DNA of 64,000 nt, taken from assembly GCF_044324785.1 (NCBI RefSeq), contig NZ_CP172127.1, one strand, 5' to 3'. Shown piece by piece: positions 22,177 to 33,397 of this stretch. Both the position numbers and the translations under genes were made by a program. The stretch comes from Escherichia coli (GTDB taxonomy: Bacteria > Pseudomonadota > Gammaproteobacteria > Enterobacterales > Enterobacteriaceae). The notes under the pieces were generated by a model. That model did no database searches. It had not been told where the DNA came from and saw only the letters and a list, made by a program, of their open reading frames with translations. Position 1 is the stretch's first letter, and each line of letters begins with the position of its first letter.

Positions 22177-23112
22177 TCAGAAGAAAATCCAGTTCCATAC
22201 CGCGCGGGCAACAGAGACCACGGTGTCACGGACGGCACGCAGAACCGTACGAGCCACAGAGGCAACACAGACGCTCTCCGCCGTGTCAAATATCCGGTCC
22301 ACCGCACCGGTAAACTGTTCACGGGCCTGCCCCCGGACAGATTCCGTGCACAGCTCGTCCTGCAGGCGGGTCATCAGGGGACTGGCGGCATGGTCGGGAA
22401 GTGCTGTCATGAGCGCACTGACCAGCGTATCCAGTTCCCAGCCGGTGCGGGCCGATACGGCCACAACCGGATGTACGGGCCGGAACAGCCGGAATACCGC
22501 ATCTGTTTTCTCACGAATGTTCTGTTCCTGTGCGGGAGAAGGCTGAATACCTGCCATATCCCATTCATGGCAGGGCTCCGTTTTGTCGGCCTGCGTCACC
22601 ACAAACAGCACCTGCTGATGTCCCCGGTGCAGGATGTGTCGCCAGAAATAGTCATCCACAGACAGGGCCCGGTCATCGGCTTTAATCAGCCACAGTACCA
22701 GGTCAAGTTCAGGCAGAATGTCACGGTACAGGGCTTCATACTCTGCATCCCTGTCCCGGCTCTCGCCCACCCCGGGCAGGTCAGTGATAACCATGCTGTG
22801 ACCATGGCCACTCAGACGGAAGCGCTGCACTTCCCGGGTGCCGGCGTGAACATCACTGACCGGGGTGACCTCCCCCTGAAACAGTGCATTACAGAGTGAG
22901 GATTTACCGGCCCCGCTTTTTCCCATAATGCCAATCACGGGTTCGTGGCTGGTGAGTTTGCGCAGATGTTCCAGGATGTGACGGGAAAGTGAGTAAGGCA
23001 GGGAGGAGAGCGGTTTTTCAATTGCCTCAATGGCATCAGACGGATTCATACATGTATTCCCGGTGAAAAAAGACAAAACCCCGCGCACCGGAAAGGTGGC
23101 GGGGGGATTCAC
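22177..23112 (-). CDS. YeeP/YfjP/YkfA-family GTPase
   Basis: P-loop GIMGKSGAGKSSL; true start may be the internal Met at about 23049. Confidence 0.75.
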   Translation of the reverse strand: MNPPATFPVRGVLSFFTGNTCMNPSDAIEAIEKPLSSLPYSLSRHILEHLRKLTSHEPVIGIMGKSGAGKSSLCNALFQGEVTPVSDVHAGTREVQRFRLSGHGHSMVITDLPGVGESRDRDAEYEALYRDILPELDLVLWLIKADDRALSVDDYFWRHILHRGHQQVLFVVTQADKTEPCHEWDMAGIQPSPAQEQNIREKTDAVFRLFRPVHPVVAVSARTGWELDTLVSALMTALPDHAASPLMTRLQDELCTESVRGQAREQFTGAVDRIFDTAESVCVASVARTVLRAVRDTVVSVARAVWNWIFF

Positions 23113-23278
23113 GGAGATAATATCTGCCTGAAATTATTTGGAATGCAGGTATATGTGGCTGATTTGTATCAGCTAATGAGTACAGGTCTGAATCTAATCT
23201 GACAGTCCGCTCTGTGCCAGGAGCGGACATTGTTTTCCAACTATTACCTAAGCCTGCGAACCATCTCATCTTCACCCC

Positions 23279-24166
23279 TTAAATTCTCAATGTATCGATA
23301 ACCGCTCGTAGGGCGGGTGACACATTGCGGTGCGGATAATAGATATATGAACCCTCCAGGCGTTGGCTGTAGCATTGCAAAACTCTGATTAGCGCCCCCT
23401 GTTCTATATCATCAGACACTAATTCCTCCGGAACATAAGCCAGCCCCAGACCTAGCCTTGCGGCTTTGGCTTCCATATAACTGTCAGCAAAGGCCCATTG
23501 TCCCTGAGGCTGATGGGTGATCTTTTTACCGTCCTGATTGAGTTCCCAGGCATACAGACTGCCGTCGCCGAACTGGTAAGCGATGCAGGGATGACCTACT
23601 AAATCGGTGGGGGTTTGTGGAAATCCGTAGCGCTGAAAGTGCCCGGGCGTGCCGACAACAGCCATCTCCATATCGGGCGAAATGCGCACCGCAACCATAC
23701 CGCTATCCACTTCCGAGCCCAGACGTATACCGGCATCGAAGCGCTCAGTAATAATATCGACAAACCGGCTTTCGCTGATGAGCTCCAGCCGAATATCCGG
23801 GTATCGTTGTTTAAACACCGCCAGCTTCGGCAGCAGCACTTTATCAATGGCGTGCTGGCTCGCATTAATTCGGACCGTACCCGATGGTGTATGGCGATAA
23901 TGGGCCAGCGTGGCAAGCCCCATATCTAAGGCGTCAAATCCAGATTCGACGTTTCGATAGAGTAACTCGCCGGCATGGGTGAGCGATAACTTGCGCGTGG
24001 TGCGTACCAGAAGCTGCACGCCCAGTCGCTCTTCCAGCTCGCGCACTGCACGGCTAATTCCTGACTGCGCCAGGCCAAGCCTCTGCGCGGCGGCGGTAAA
24101 ACTCCCTTCTCGCACGACCTGCATAAACAGATAGAGATCGTTATAGTTTTCCCGTTTCGCCATCAT
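23279..24166 (-). CDS. LysR-family transcriptional regulator
   Basis: N-terminal HTH FTAAAQRLGLAQSGISRAVRELEERLGVQLL and LysR substrate-binding region. Confidence 0.85.
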   Translation of the reverse strand: MMAKRENYNDLYLFMQVVREGSFTAAAQRLGLAQSGISRAVRELEERLGVQLLVRTTRKLSLTHAGELLYRNVESGFDALDMGLATLAHYRHTPSGTVRINASQHAIDKVLLPKLAVFKQRYPDIRLELISESRFVDIITERFDAGIRLGSEVDSGMVAVRISPDMEMAVVGTPGHFQRYGFPQTPTDLVGHPCIAYQFGDGSLYAWELNQDGKKITHQPQGQWAFADSYMEAKAARLGLGLAYVPEELVSDDIEQGALIRVLQCYSQRLEGSYIYYPHRNVSPALRAVIDTLRI

Positions 24167-24318
24167 CCTTCCCCTGCTGCATCACAATTCAGAACAATAT
24201 GTTATTAATCTTAGCATTTTTTACCCTCTAATTAGCACTATTAATGCTAACTATAATGTGCGCGTTGCAACAAAGCACAGCAGTGTTATCCGTATGAAAC
24301 CAGTATCTGGCACATTTT

Positions 24319-25470
24319 ATGAGGGGGATTTTGATGACTGCTTTCACCCAAAAATTGACAGCCGCGATATCCACCATGCTGTTATGCGTATCATTAAGTG
24401 GAGTCACAAATATGAGTTACGCTGATACAACCAATCCGAACGCGCCCGTTTCGCAGGTCGAGAAATGGGATAAAACTTTTGCTGAGAGCACGAAAGTTGA
24501 TCACCGTAAGGTGACCTTTCCGAACCGGTACGGGATCACCTTAGTCGGGGATCTCTATATACCGAAGGATCGTGGCGATCGCAAGATGGCAGCAATTGCT
24601 GTTAGTGGCCCCTTCGGGGCGGTGAAAGAGCAATCCAGTGGCCTGTATGCGCAGACGCTGGCTGAACGGGGGTTTGTCACTCTGGCTTTTGACCCTTCAT
24701 ACACGGGGGAAAGCGGCGGCTACCCGCGAAACGTCGCATCTCCGGATATCAACACCGAGGATTTCAGCGCGGCGGTTGATTTCTTAGGCCTGCAAAAAGA
24801 GGTGGATCGCAACCGTATCGGGTTGCTCGGCATCTGCGGATGGGGTGGCATGGCCTTAAACGACGCCGCGATGGACACACGTGTCAAGGCGGTGGCGAGC
24901 AGCGTGATGTATGACATGAGCCGTGCAATGGGGCATGGCGTGGGCGATGGCAAAGACCGCTATACCACTGCCGATCGTCGTGCCGTATTGCAGTATTTGA
25001 ACATGCAGCGCTGGAAGGATGCTGAAAATGGCGCTTTCGCGCCAGGCGGGCATGATATTTACGTTGATGAGAAGGGCAACGTCACCGCTTCCGATCGTAT
25101 TTTACCGGAAACTTTGCCAGCGAATTCTAATCCGGTATTGAAAGAGTTCTTTGATTATTACCGCATGCCGCGTGGTTTCCATGCGCGTTCGGTCAACTCA
25201 ACCAGTGCCTGGAATGCAACCATGCCGCTGTCATTTATGAATATGCCGCTGCTGAGTTACGCTAATGAAGTTACTATCCCTACACTCATCGTGACCGGTG
25301 AAAAAGCCCATTCACGCTATTTTGCTGAAGATGCCTTTAAGGCAATCGGCAGCAAAGAGAAAGAGTTAGTGATTGTCCCCGAGGCAAACCATGTTGATCT
25401 GTACGACAACGTTGCGGGTAAGATCCCATTTGCCAAATTTGAGCAATTTTTCAAGGCAAACTTAAGATAA
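24319..25470 (+). CDS. secreted alpha/beta-hydrolase fold protein
   Basis: Signal-peptide-like N-terminus; nucleophile elbow GICGWGG; likely start is the ATG at 24334 after GAGGGGG. Confidence 0.7.
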   Translation: MRGILMTAFTQKLTAAISTMLLCVSLSGVTNMSYADTTNPNAPVSQVEKWDKTFAESTKVDHRKVTFPNRYGITLVGDLYIPKDRGDRKMAAIAVSGPFGAVKEQSSGLYAQTLAERGFVTLAFDPSYTGESGGYPRNVASPDINTEDFSAAVDFLGLQKEVDRNRIGLLGICGWGGMALNDAAMDTRVKAVASSVMYDMSRAMGHGVGDGKDRYTTADRRAVLQYLNMQRWKDAENGAFAPGGHDIYVDEKGNVTASDRILPETLPANSNPVLKEFFDYYRMPRGFHARSVNSTSAWNATMPLSFMNMPLLSYANEVTIPTLIVTGEKAHSRYFAEDAFKAIGSKEKELVIVPEANHVDLYDNVAGKIPFAKFEQFFKANLR

Positions 25471-25646
25471 CCCGAAAGGTTTACCAGGCCACCTGTCGTA
25501 AACGGGTGGCTTTTAACTGCCTGGTGTGATGCAGAATATGCCGCATCTCCCTATATTCTCACCCAACTATTATGTCGTTATTCCCTGAATAACTTCTGAC
25601 CCGATTGCGCTTGAATCTGGCTGGTTCGATATTAAGGGGGCTAATA

Positions 25647-26840
25647 ATGTCCACTGTAAGTCTCAAACAATTATACGGAAAAACGCATGCATACTGGAGC
25701 GGCGTATTCGCCATGACGCTTTGCGTGTTTGTGCTGATCGCTTCTGAGTTTATGCCAGTCAGCCTGCTTACGCTCATTGCCCATGATTTGCACGTTACCG
25801 AAGGGCTGGCAGGGCAAGGAATTGCTGTCTCTGGTGCGCTGGCGGTGCTTACCAGTCTGACTATCTCCCGTATTACCGGAGACCTGAATCGAAAATATCT
25901 TCTGCTGGGGCTGACGGCCTTAATGGCCATATCGGGAATAGTTATCACCATAGCACCTGACTATCCGGTTTATATGCTGGGGAGGGCCCTGATTGGTATC
26001 GTCATTGGAGGGTTCTGGTCAATGTCGGCTGCAACCGCCATTCGGCTCGTGCCGAAGCAGCATGTCCCCCGCGCACTGGCAATTTTTAACGGCGGAAACG
26101 CACTGGCCACCGTTGTGGCAGCGCCACTTGGTAGCTATCTGGGGACAACCATCGGCTGGCGTGGGGCCTTTTTATGTCTGGTCCCCCTTGCGATAGCTGC
26201 GTTCATCTGGCAATGGGTCAGTCTGCCTCCGATGGAAAGTGATAAAACACAAAAGCTACAGAGATCTGTGCTTCGCCTGTTCAGCGTTGCCATCGTACCA
26301 ACGGGACTGCTGGCCTGCGGACTCTTCTTTATGGGACAGTTTGCTTTATTTACCTACGTGCGCCCCTTTCTGGAGAGCGTCACCAGAGTGGGACCTTCTG
26401 ATCTTTCTCTGATTTTGCTCGCAATAGGTGTAGCAGGTTTTGTCGGCACAATGATCGTCTCAACATTCCTGAACACCATATTTTATAAGACCTTAATAAT
26501 GATCCCGTTGCTTATGGCAGCGATTACCGGTGCGTTACTGCTGGTCGGACACCATATCTGGGCTGTTGCCGTTTTACTCAGCCTGTGGGGGCTACTTGCG
26601 ACAGCTGCGCCAACGGGGTGGTGGACATGGATAGCACGCGCGTTACCCGAAGATGCAGAGACGGGGGGAGGCCTCATGGTTGCAGTGATTCAGTTATCTA
26701 TTGCACTTGGTTCAACGGCTGGAGGTCTGGTATTCGACAGTCTGGGATGGAGAAGTGCTTTTGGTTTAAGTGGTTTGTTACTTCTGGGAGCGGTAGCGAT
26801 GACATGTGCCACATCCCGTCAAAACAGGAAGGCGCAGTAG
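25647..26840 (+). CDS. MFS transporter
   Basis: About 12 predicted TM segments; start trimmed to the ATG with AAGGGGG SD (track ORF begins 25605). Confidence 0.8.
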   Translation: MSTVSLKQLYGKTHAYWSGVFAMTLCVFVLIASEFMPVSLLTLIAHDLHVTEGLAGQGIAVSGALAVLTSLTISRITGDLNRKYLLLGLTALMAISGIVITIAPDYPVYMLGRALIGIVIGGFWSMSAATAIRLVPKQHVPRALAIFNGGNALATVVAAPLGSYLGTTIGWRGAFLCLVPLAIAAFIWQWVSLPPMESDKTQKLQRSVLRLFSVAIVPTGLLACGLFFMGQFALFTYVRPFLESVTRVGPSDLSLILLAIGVAGFVGTMIVSTFLNTIFYKTLIMIPLLMAAITGALLLVGHHIWAVAVLLSLWGLLATAAPTGWWTWIARALPEDAETGGGLMVAVIQLSIALGSTAGGLVFDSLGWRSAFGLSGLLLLGAVAMTCATSRQNRKAQ

Positions 26841-29302
26841 CGCAATCCTTTTATTTCTGGCGTACGCTCTTTAAGGCATCCGGCTGAGAGGCTAATGATC
26901 ACTCCTCGCTCACAACGGACCTTCAGCTCAGCCGCTCCGGCCGCTTCATGCCATGAATGTACGCAGCCAGTCAGAATATTAAGGTGCGGATTTCAGTTCA
27001 CTTGTCAGCCCAGTGATACAGGACAGTAATGACCAACAATTTGGTATTGATACAACAAGTTGCGGCCCCGGTTCGTGGGGGAGATGAAACGACGGTAGCT
27101 GAAGTTACTGAAATGAAGAATTCAGAGAGACTGAATGATATGCCTCACCTTTAGTGAATAGTGTAAAAACGGGAGACTCTCACCCGAGATTATCCACTCA
27201 TGCTCAATGTATAATTTTCGTGCCCCTCACAGGTAAGAGCCGGATGCATTCGTTGTGTACGTTGCAGAATTGGTAACCGGGGACCCTGCAGTCTTTAACT
27301 CCGAGTCTTGTGCTGCTCATTTGCCACAAAATCCTGGTACGCCAGCTCAATCATTTCATTCAACAGTTTTTTTGGGGGGCACCACGACTTCGGGCAATAC
27401 TTTCAGGCTGTTTGTGGATTTTTCCGGACAGTTTCAGCGGAACGGAACCATCAGCACGTTCATCACGCCTTTTTTGTTGCTCCCGGGCACTTTTCAGTTC
27501 ATCCACAATATAGCTGCTCTTCTCGCATTTTTGCCGATTTTAAAAATGCGAACAAAACATCCGTACATGATGTACAGATTAAACTGCCAGGGACTGGTGT
27601 CAGAAAGCCTCCGGTTAGCCTGCTCTTTCCGGAATGTGCCGGTTATGAAAAACCGGAAATTCAGTCTCTGTTGTAAGATGTACCCTCTGATACTACGTTT
27701 TCGTTTTCTCTGTGTATTTAACTCACTGTATTTATTGTCTTTTTAAGCCTGACTGATATTCTCCGGTCATAGTGTGCCGGATAGACATCCCGTAACCTTC
27801 TCATTTTTATATAAAAATACCTGCACTGTCTTCAGCGCATCTGTCTCCTTTAAGTAAAAAATGTTTTCACGTATTGCTGTAAATTCATTTTAAATCAGTA
27901 TGTTATCCTGATATTGCTGTCTCCTGGTTTGATGCGTAATCGTTCTGCCTTTCTGGATGATTCTGGTGCTTCCGGGTGCATTCTCCTCTGCACATGCAAC
28001 AGTTCGTCATCGCCACGTGCCCAAAAAGCATATAAAAACGAATCGAATCTGATCGTTTTTTCAATCGTTTTTCACAGGAATTTCGTAGGGTGTTCTCCGC
28101 TATAGCCTCCATATTTGCTGTCTTTTTCTTCATAAATCGTATGCAATATAACCAGTCTGTCAAGACATCTTCCCTGCTGTTGAGGTGACGATCTCATTTC
28201 TGGTCTTTTCCGGGAGAGAGACGGTCAGATGAGCGAGCCGGATTTACTGCCAGAGGTACTCCCCGCGGCAGAAAATAGTGCTCCTGTTTCCGCAATCCGG
28301 GATCGGCAACGTCCCATGGTTAATGCCACTTGCAGCGTCAGGCACTGCAGGTTTACGTCGTGATCTGATTTCTTCTGCACTTATCCCGATCACGGAAGTT
28401 CCCCCTGCGCAGACATCGGTTCCTGCCGACATCTCACAATACCGCCAGGCTGTCATGCAGTAACACCCGCAATGCGGTCTGCGGTTTTAAGCGCACTCTC
28501 CTGTTTTCAGTGCACCGATAAGCGTTATAGAAAGTCTGGGGTGAGTTACTGAATGTCTGTTAAGTGGTGCCGTGGGTGGAGACTGCTTACTTTTCCACAG
28601 CAACTGCAGTCATTCAGGATGCTCAGGAGAGAATATGTCAACGCCACGAGCCGGGCCATTTTCATGCCAGCCAGTATATTTTCTACACTGATGCAGTCTG
28701 ATTTTCACCATTCCATCCTCACTGATTGTCGTGTTGTTTTGGGTCATCACCACAGCTTTCCGTTTCTCTTTTAATCGGTAACGCTCTCCTTTGATATTCA
28801 GCGTGGTTGAGTGATGCAGCAGTCAATCCAGGAGCGCTGTTGTCCGGCAACCACCATATCAACTTCTTCCCGGCGTGCCGGCGCTGGTATCCAGGCCGGG
28901 TTTCGAAGCGAAGCGTTCCTGACGGACTCATTGACATCCGGGCCGGATGTAGTCATGCAGCATGGAACGTCCGCCCGTATACACTGACGGCGTCCGGCCG
29001 TGTACAGAGATCGGTAAAATTCGTTACTACAACTGTTCCTGAATATCTGACGAAGAAACATTCAGCAATAACATCCGGCCGTGTACATCTCTTTTGCGGT
29101 GCAGGGAGCACTGTCGCCATGTACTTATTGTCACCAGGGTGAGGCATGTACCGCAGCATGCCAGCTCAGCAATGACAGGATGCCCTTAAGACATCCGTCA
29201 TGGCTCAGTATGATGACGACGAACACGCTCTGCAGGTGAGCATGCAGGGCCGGGGGTATCATCATTTCCGTATTTTGCCGCACCTTCCGGAAACAACCGG
29301 CA

Positions 29303-29920
29303 TCAGTTACGGTTACCGTCAACCGTTGTGCGGTATGCCAGGAGCACGTACTGATCCATCAGATCCGTCAGTGCTGCGTTCTGCTTCTGACGGTCGATGA
29401 TCCATTCCCCCAGCTCTTTTTCTGATTTCCGTTTCAGGTTCTCCGTCCAGTCGTCAAGGCTGTTTCCGGTCATTAAATCAAGCCAGCAAAGCCAGACCAG
29501 TTTGAGGCGCAACTCCGTGCCACCAAACTGACGGAAGAGGCTGATCAGTTTATTTGCCAGAGAACGCTGCCTCAGACGTTCACATTCAGACAGCAGAATC
29601 CCTTCCAGCATCGGATGATGAACCAGCAGATGTTCGCTGGTGCATAAGTTCACCACCAGATCATCATCCAGGGGCGGCGTGGCCCGTTTGTCAGAGCCAT
29701 AAATCAGCCGGTGCAGACTCCGGGGTACGATGGCAATCTTCGGTTTTTCACCATTGAATGACACCCACCCGGGCGTCAGATTATGGAAGTAGTGGATATT
29801 CGGATGACACACGCCCCAGGATACGGCGTGCCGGGTGAAGCCGGTCAGCCATTTCTGGTAGCTTTCGTGGAGCAGCTCGTAACGGGTCTGATACTGTGGT
29901 TTCATTTTCATATTCCTCAC
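29303..29920 (-). CDS. hypothetical protein downstream of alpA
   Basis: 205-aa ORF on the same strand, 79 bp after alpA; no recognisable motif. Confidence 0.5.
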   Translation of the reverse strand: MRNMKMKPQYQTRYELLHESYQKWLTGFTRHAVSWGVCHPNIHYFHNLTPGWVSFNGEKPKIAIVPRSLHRLIYGSDKRATPPLDDDLVVNLCTSEHLLVHHPMLEGILLSECERLRQRSLANKLISLFRQFGGTELRLKLVWLCWLDLMTGNSLDDWTENLKRKSEKELGEWIIDRQKQNAALTDLMDQYVLLAYRTTVDGNRN

Positions 29921-29998
29921 GGGGGATAACAGGCAGCAGAGTGCCGCCGGCAGGCCGGAGATTGCGTCTGCTGTGGGCGAAGGGCCAGTGGTTAAAAA

Positions 29999-30205
29999 TT
30001 ACGGACGGGACTGTGCAATACGCGCCTGCAGCCAGGCTTCCACTTCACTTTTCAGCCAGCGGGAGCTGCGGCCGAGTTTGATGGGAGCCGGAAAGGCCCC
30101 ATCCTTGATGAGCTTGTAAAACCACTTATCGGTCAGGCCGGTCAGCTGAGTGATAAACGTCATATCGACCATCTGGTCATCCATCAGCGAAACTGGGGTG
30201 GTCAT
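29999..30205 (-). CDS. alpA: AlpA-family phage/island transcriptional regulator
   Basis: 68 aa; FITQLTGLTDKWFYKLIKDGAFPAPIKLGRSSRWLKSEVEAWL is the AlpA/MerR-like excisionase-type HTH. Confidence 0.8.
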   Translation of the reverse strand: MTTPVSLMDDQMVDMTFITQLTGLTDKWFYKLIKDGAFPAPIKLGRSSRWLKSEVEAWLQARIAQSRP

Positions 30206-30588
30206 AAAAATCTTCTCCGGATGTTGTTAATCTCAGCCGGCGTTGATGATGAAAACAACGCACCACCTTCACCGGCATAACAACCGGGGAGAAACGTAAA
30301 AAATCAGTAGGGGAATATTCCTGCCAGGAGAGAAACTGTTGTGTACAGGCAATACAGGTTGTCTGTTTTGTCAGTGAAGCCGGTATAAACGGAAGATGAT
30401 TTTGTGTTGCCGGAATATGGGATGGCGTTTTGCCGTGACAGGATCAGTATTTTCAGTGATGATTATTACTGTGCAGGGGAGTACCGGAGATAAACCACGC
30501 CCTGTACCTGCCAGAGCGGAGGTTTGTATTGACTGAACGGAAGATAAAGCGAGGTAAACACTGTTGCGGTGAGCGGAGAAGACTGAGA

Positions 30589-31380
30589 TTATTCTCTGTA
30601 ATTACAAACAACAGTGATCTGATCCGGTTTTTTTACCGTTACGGGTTTCCGGGGATCAATTTTATAGACCGGGGTAATGACCACGCCGGAATTTATGGAG
30701 AAAAGCGGGATCCAGCAATAAACGTCCGGATATTTCTGTGTCTCCGGAATACCTTTTGTGCCAGAGGCCATCAGATCTTTAACGCTCACGAAAAATGACT
30801 TCCGCAGATCAAAAAAGTACTCGTTATATATCACATCCTTTGCCAGCAGGATGACTGCATTACCAACAGCCGATTTTACAGGTGTTTCATCAGGTGGATT
30901 ATCGTGATTGTATATTGTTCTTTCTATATAAATAAAACAGGCATATTTCGTCTTCTCCCCGGATAGTTGCATCTGGTATTCGCAAATGTCTTTGATATAC
31001 CGACTTTCAACCCTTCCAATCATCTTATCCCGGCGATAGTGTCTTTTATGTTTCAGCGCGTACAGAACACCATTTGAACTGTCAAACTCCAGGACACTTC
31101 TGGTGAAAAGTTTGTTTTCCCAGATCTCCAGACAATACTTCTCTGCACTGACGACATTGCGTTTGTGGGGAAGATTCCGTTGATACACTCCATTTAATAA
31201 GCGTGACTGCAGTTCGCCTGCAAGTTGATAGTAACAGTTAATGTCATTAAGGACAGGTGCTGTGGCGTTGAGTAATGTGTTGATTACCTTAGAGCGCGAA
31301 AGTTTGTGGGTATGACAGTACTCATCCACAATTCGCAGTGTCTCATCACTGGTCATATTGAAAGTTATACGTGTTGTCAT
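30589..31380 (-). CDS. hypothetical protein: N-terminal ribbon-helix-helix-like domain fused to an unknown ~200-aa domain
   Basis: 263 aa, low GC; N-terminus ITFNMTSDETLRIVDEYCHTHKLSRSKVINTLL resembles a CopG/Arc RHH; remainder has no recognisable motif. Confidence 0.5.
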   Translation of the reverse strand: MTTRITFNMTSDETLRIVDEYCHTHKLSRSKVINTLLNATAPVLNDINCYYQLAGELQSRLLNGVYQRNLPHKRNVVSAEKYCLEIWENKLFTRSVLEFDSSNGVLYALKHKRHYRRDKMIGRVESRYIKDICEYQMQLSGEKTKYACFIYIERTIYNHDNPPDETPVKSAVGNAVILLAKDVIYNEYFFDLRKSFFVSVKDLMASGTKGIPETQKYPDVYCWIPLFSINSGVVITPVYKIDPRKPVTVKKPDQITVVCNYRE

Positions 31381-31719
31381 GATGAAGTTTTCTGTTAATC
31401 ATACTGGTTGATATGCATAACATTTCATAAAAAATACTGTTAATTCATATAATTGATTTTTTGACTGGTTTTATCCTCGTGTGGTGGAAAGCAGTATTAC
31501 TGCCACTGTAGTCAGCATAAATCTATCACACAGAACCACCGAAAATGAAGCATTGCTCAGGGGGAAGCTGCCACTCGTATGAGTTCTCTGAACCATGATA
31601 ACCAGTATTTTTCGTTTTGGGTGATTTGTTTATCGTTACAGCTACATACAGTTCATGTACCATTAAAAAATAATAAAGGTTAATTAGTATTATTTATAGA
31701 AGTATGTTTATGTAATTCT

Positions 31720-31765
31720 ACCGTGTAAATGAACCCTGTAATTCTACCTTGTAAATACACCTTGT
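31720..31765. repeat. tandem direct repeats TGTAATTCTACC(G/T)TGTAAAT in a 1.4-kb non-coding region
   Basis: Two adjacent copies plus multiple dispersed (C)TGTAA motifs between 31700 and 31930. Confidence 0.4.
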
Positions 31766-32797
31766 AACCAAGTCCTGTAGAAGTCTGTCTCATAGAAGTA
31801 TCTGTGCAGTGATATTCTCTGTAGTAGTACTTGTAACTCTGTTCTTAACTCTCTCTTCAGTAATGTAGTCCCGCAACACCTGAATATAAATCTGTAATGT
31901 TCACACACTGACTGTAACGTGCTTTGTTAAGTAATGTCTGCTATTTTTTTTTCTGTTATTTTTCCTGTTGTTTTCTGTATTTTGTTGTATGGTGTAATAA
32001 CTATTCTGAACCCGTCATCACCTTTATAGCTAAGAGTATGACTTCGCCAGTGTTGATACTGTGGATAACGGTGATTAAGGAATTACTGTTAATGATCTGT
32101 TCCTGCAGCTCACCTGATGAGTTTTGGTAGTAATACGTAAAAGAGTATGCCTCATGTCATTAAAAAGTCTTCCGGAGTGTTGTTTAACCCTGTACCTCTG
32201 TTACTCATGTAGTACGTTGCGGAAAGCTACGTTAATTGTAATATCTGGTTATGGCGTTATGCCTTCAGTATTAAAAACATCTTTTACCGGAGAAACTGGG
32301 AAGTGGAAAGGCTTTCGGGATAACGTCAGGCCATTATGACGATATTACGTTAATCACAGTACAAGATAACGAGAGGGTAATGGAATTTTAAACCAGAGTA
32401 GTTCCACTGTTGTTCACTGGAAAAAGTGATTTCCCACGCGCGTTATAAGCTTACTCCAGAGGAGATGGAAGCCTTCAACTCTGCGGTCGATCACCGGCTG
32501 GCAGAACTGACCATGAACAAACTTTACGATCGTGTTCCCGCTTCAGTCTGGAAATATGTTACCTGATAAATGTTTCTGATGAAGTACAGTCGTCACAATG
32601 ACATCACTTCAGATATTATCTGCGCTGTGATTGACTGTCACGTATGCCGTTCTCTGTATGGTTCTGATACCCGGGTGTGGTCCCACTTTCTCTGTGGCGC
32701 CCGGGGAGTTGTGAACCTGCACGTCTTCGTGTGATAACGTTTTCTTCAAAAATTACGCCAGCGCTTCTTCCTGTGTTACAGAACACGAGGAAGAAAC

Positions 32798-33397
32798 ATG
32801 AAGACTTACAACACCAATCCCGGTTACGAAATGGATCCCCAGCTCCTGACACACTTTAACCAGCATCTGGATTCATTATTCGGGGTATATTCGAAACTGT
32901 TACCGTTCAGAATGGATTTTGCTTACCGAAAAAACACCCTCAGCTACAGATGTGCCTGCAGGTACGCCATGTGCGCGGAGATACTGCGACTGATTAACGA
33001 AGTGGGAGAGAAACTGGTCGGGTATGCCTGGGTAATGGAATATACGGAACGTAAAGGGCTTCACATTCATTTTGTGGGCTATCTGAACGGTCAGAGCCAC
33101 AGGAGTTCGTATCTGGTATCCAGATTGATGGGAGATATCTGGAGGCGGGTTACCGGGGGGGATGGTTACTACCACTGGTGCCGGTTTAATAAAAATTATC
33201 CGGTAAACATTAACCACGTCATTCACTATTCAGATCACAAAGCGGTGAATGCCTTACGCTATGCCATCAGCTACCTGGCCAAACGAGAACAGAAAGAATG
33301 TGGCATCATCCTGAAATGCAGCGGGCTTCCTGAAAAAAGTAATCGGGGTCGACCGCGACTGGGCAGCCCCCTGCCGGAGACTTATTCTCTGGTGTAA
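32798..33397 (+). CDS. inovirus Gp2-type / YagK-YfjJ family protein (HUH replication-initiator-like)
   Basis: 199 aa; HUH-like LHIHFVGY motif; SD GAGGA. Confidence 0.65.
   Translation: MKTYNTNPGYEMDPQLLTHFNQHLDSLFGVYSKLLPFRMDFAYRKNTLSYRCACRYAMCAEILRLINEVGEKLVGYAWVMEYTERKGLHIHFVGYLNGQSHRSSYLVSRLMGDIWRRVTGGDGYYHWCRFNKNYPVNINHVIHYSDHKAVNALRYAISYLAKREQKECGIILKCSGLPEKSNRGRPRLGSPLPETYSLV

Noticed and set aside
22030-22899. 289-aa plus-strand ORF
   Set aside because: Antisense to the YeeP-like GTPase gene and overlaps the agn43 regulatory region; no start-site support.
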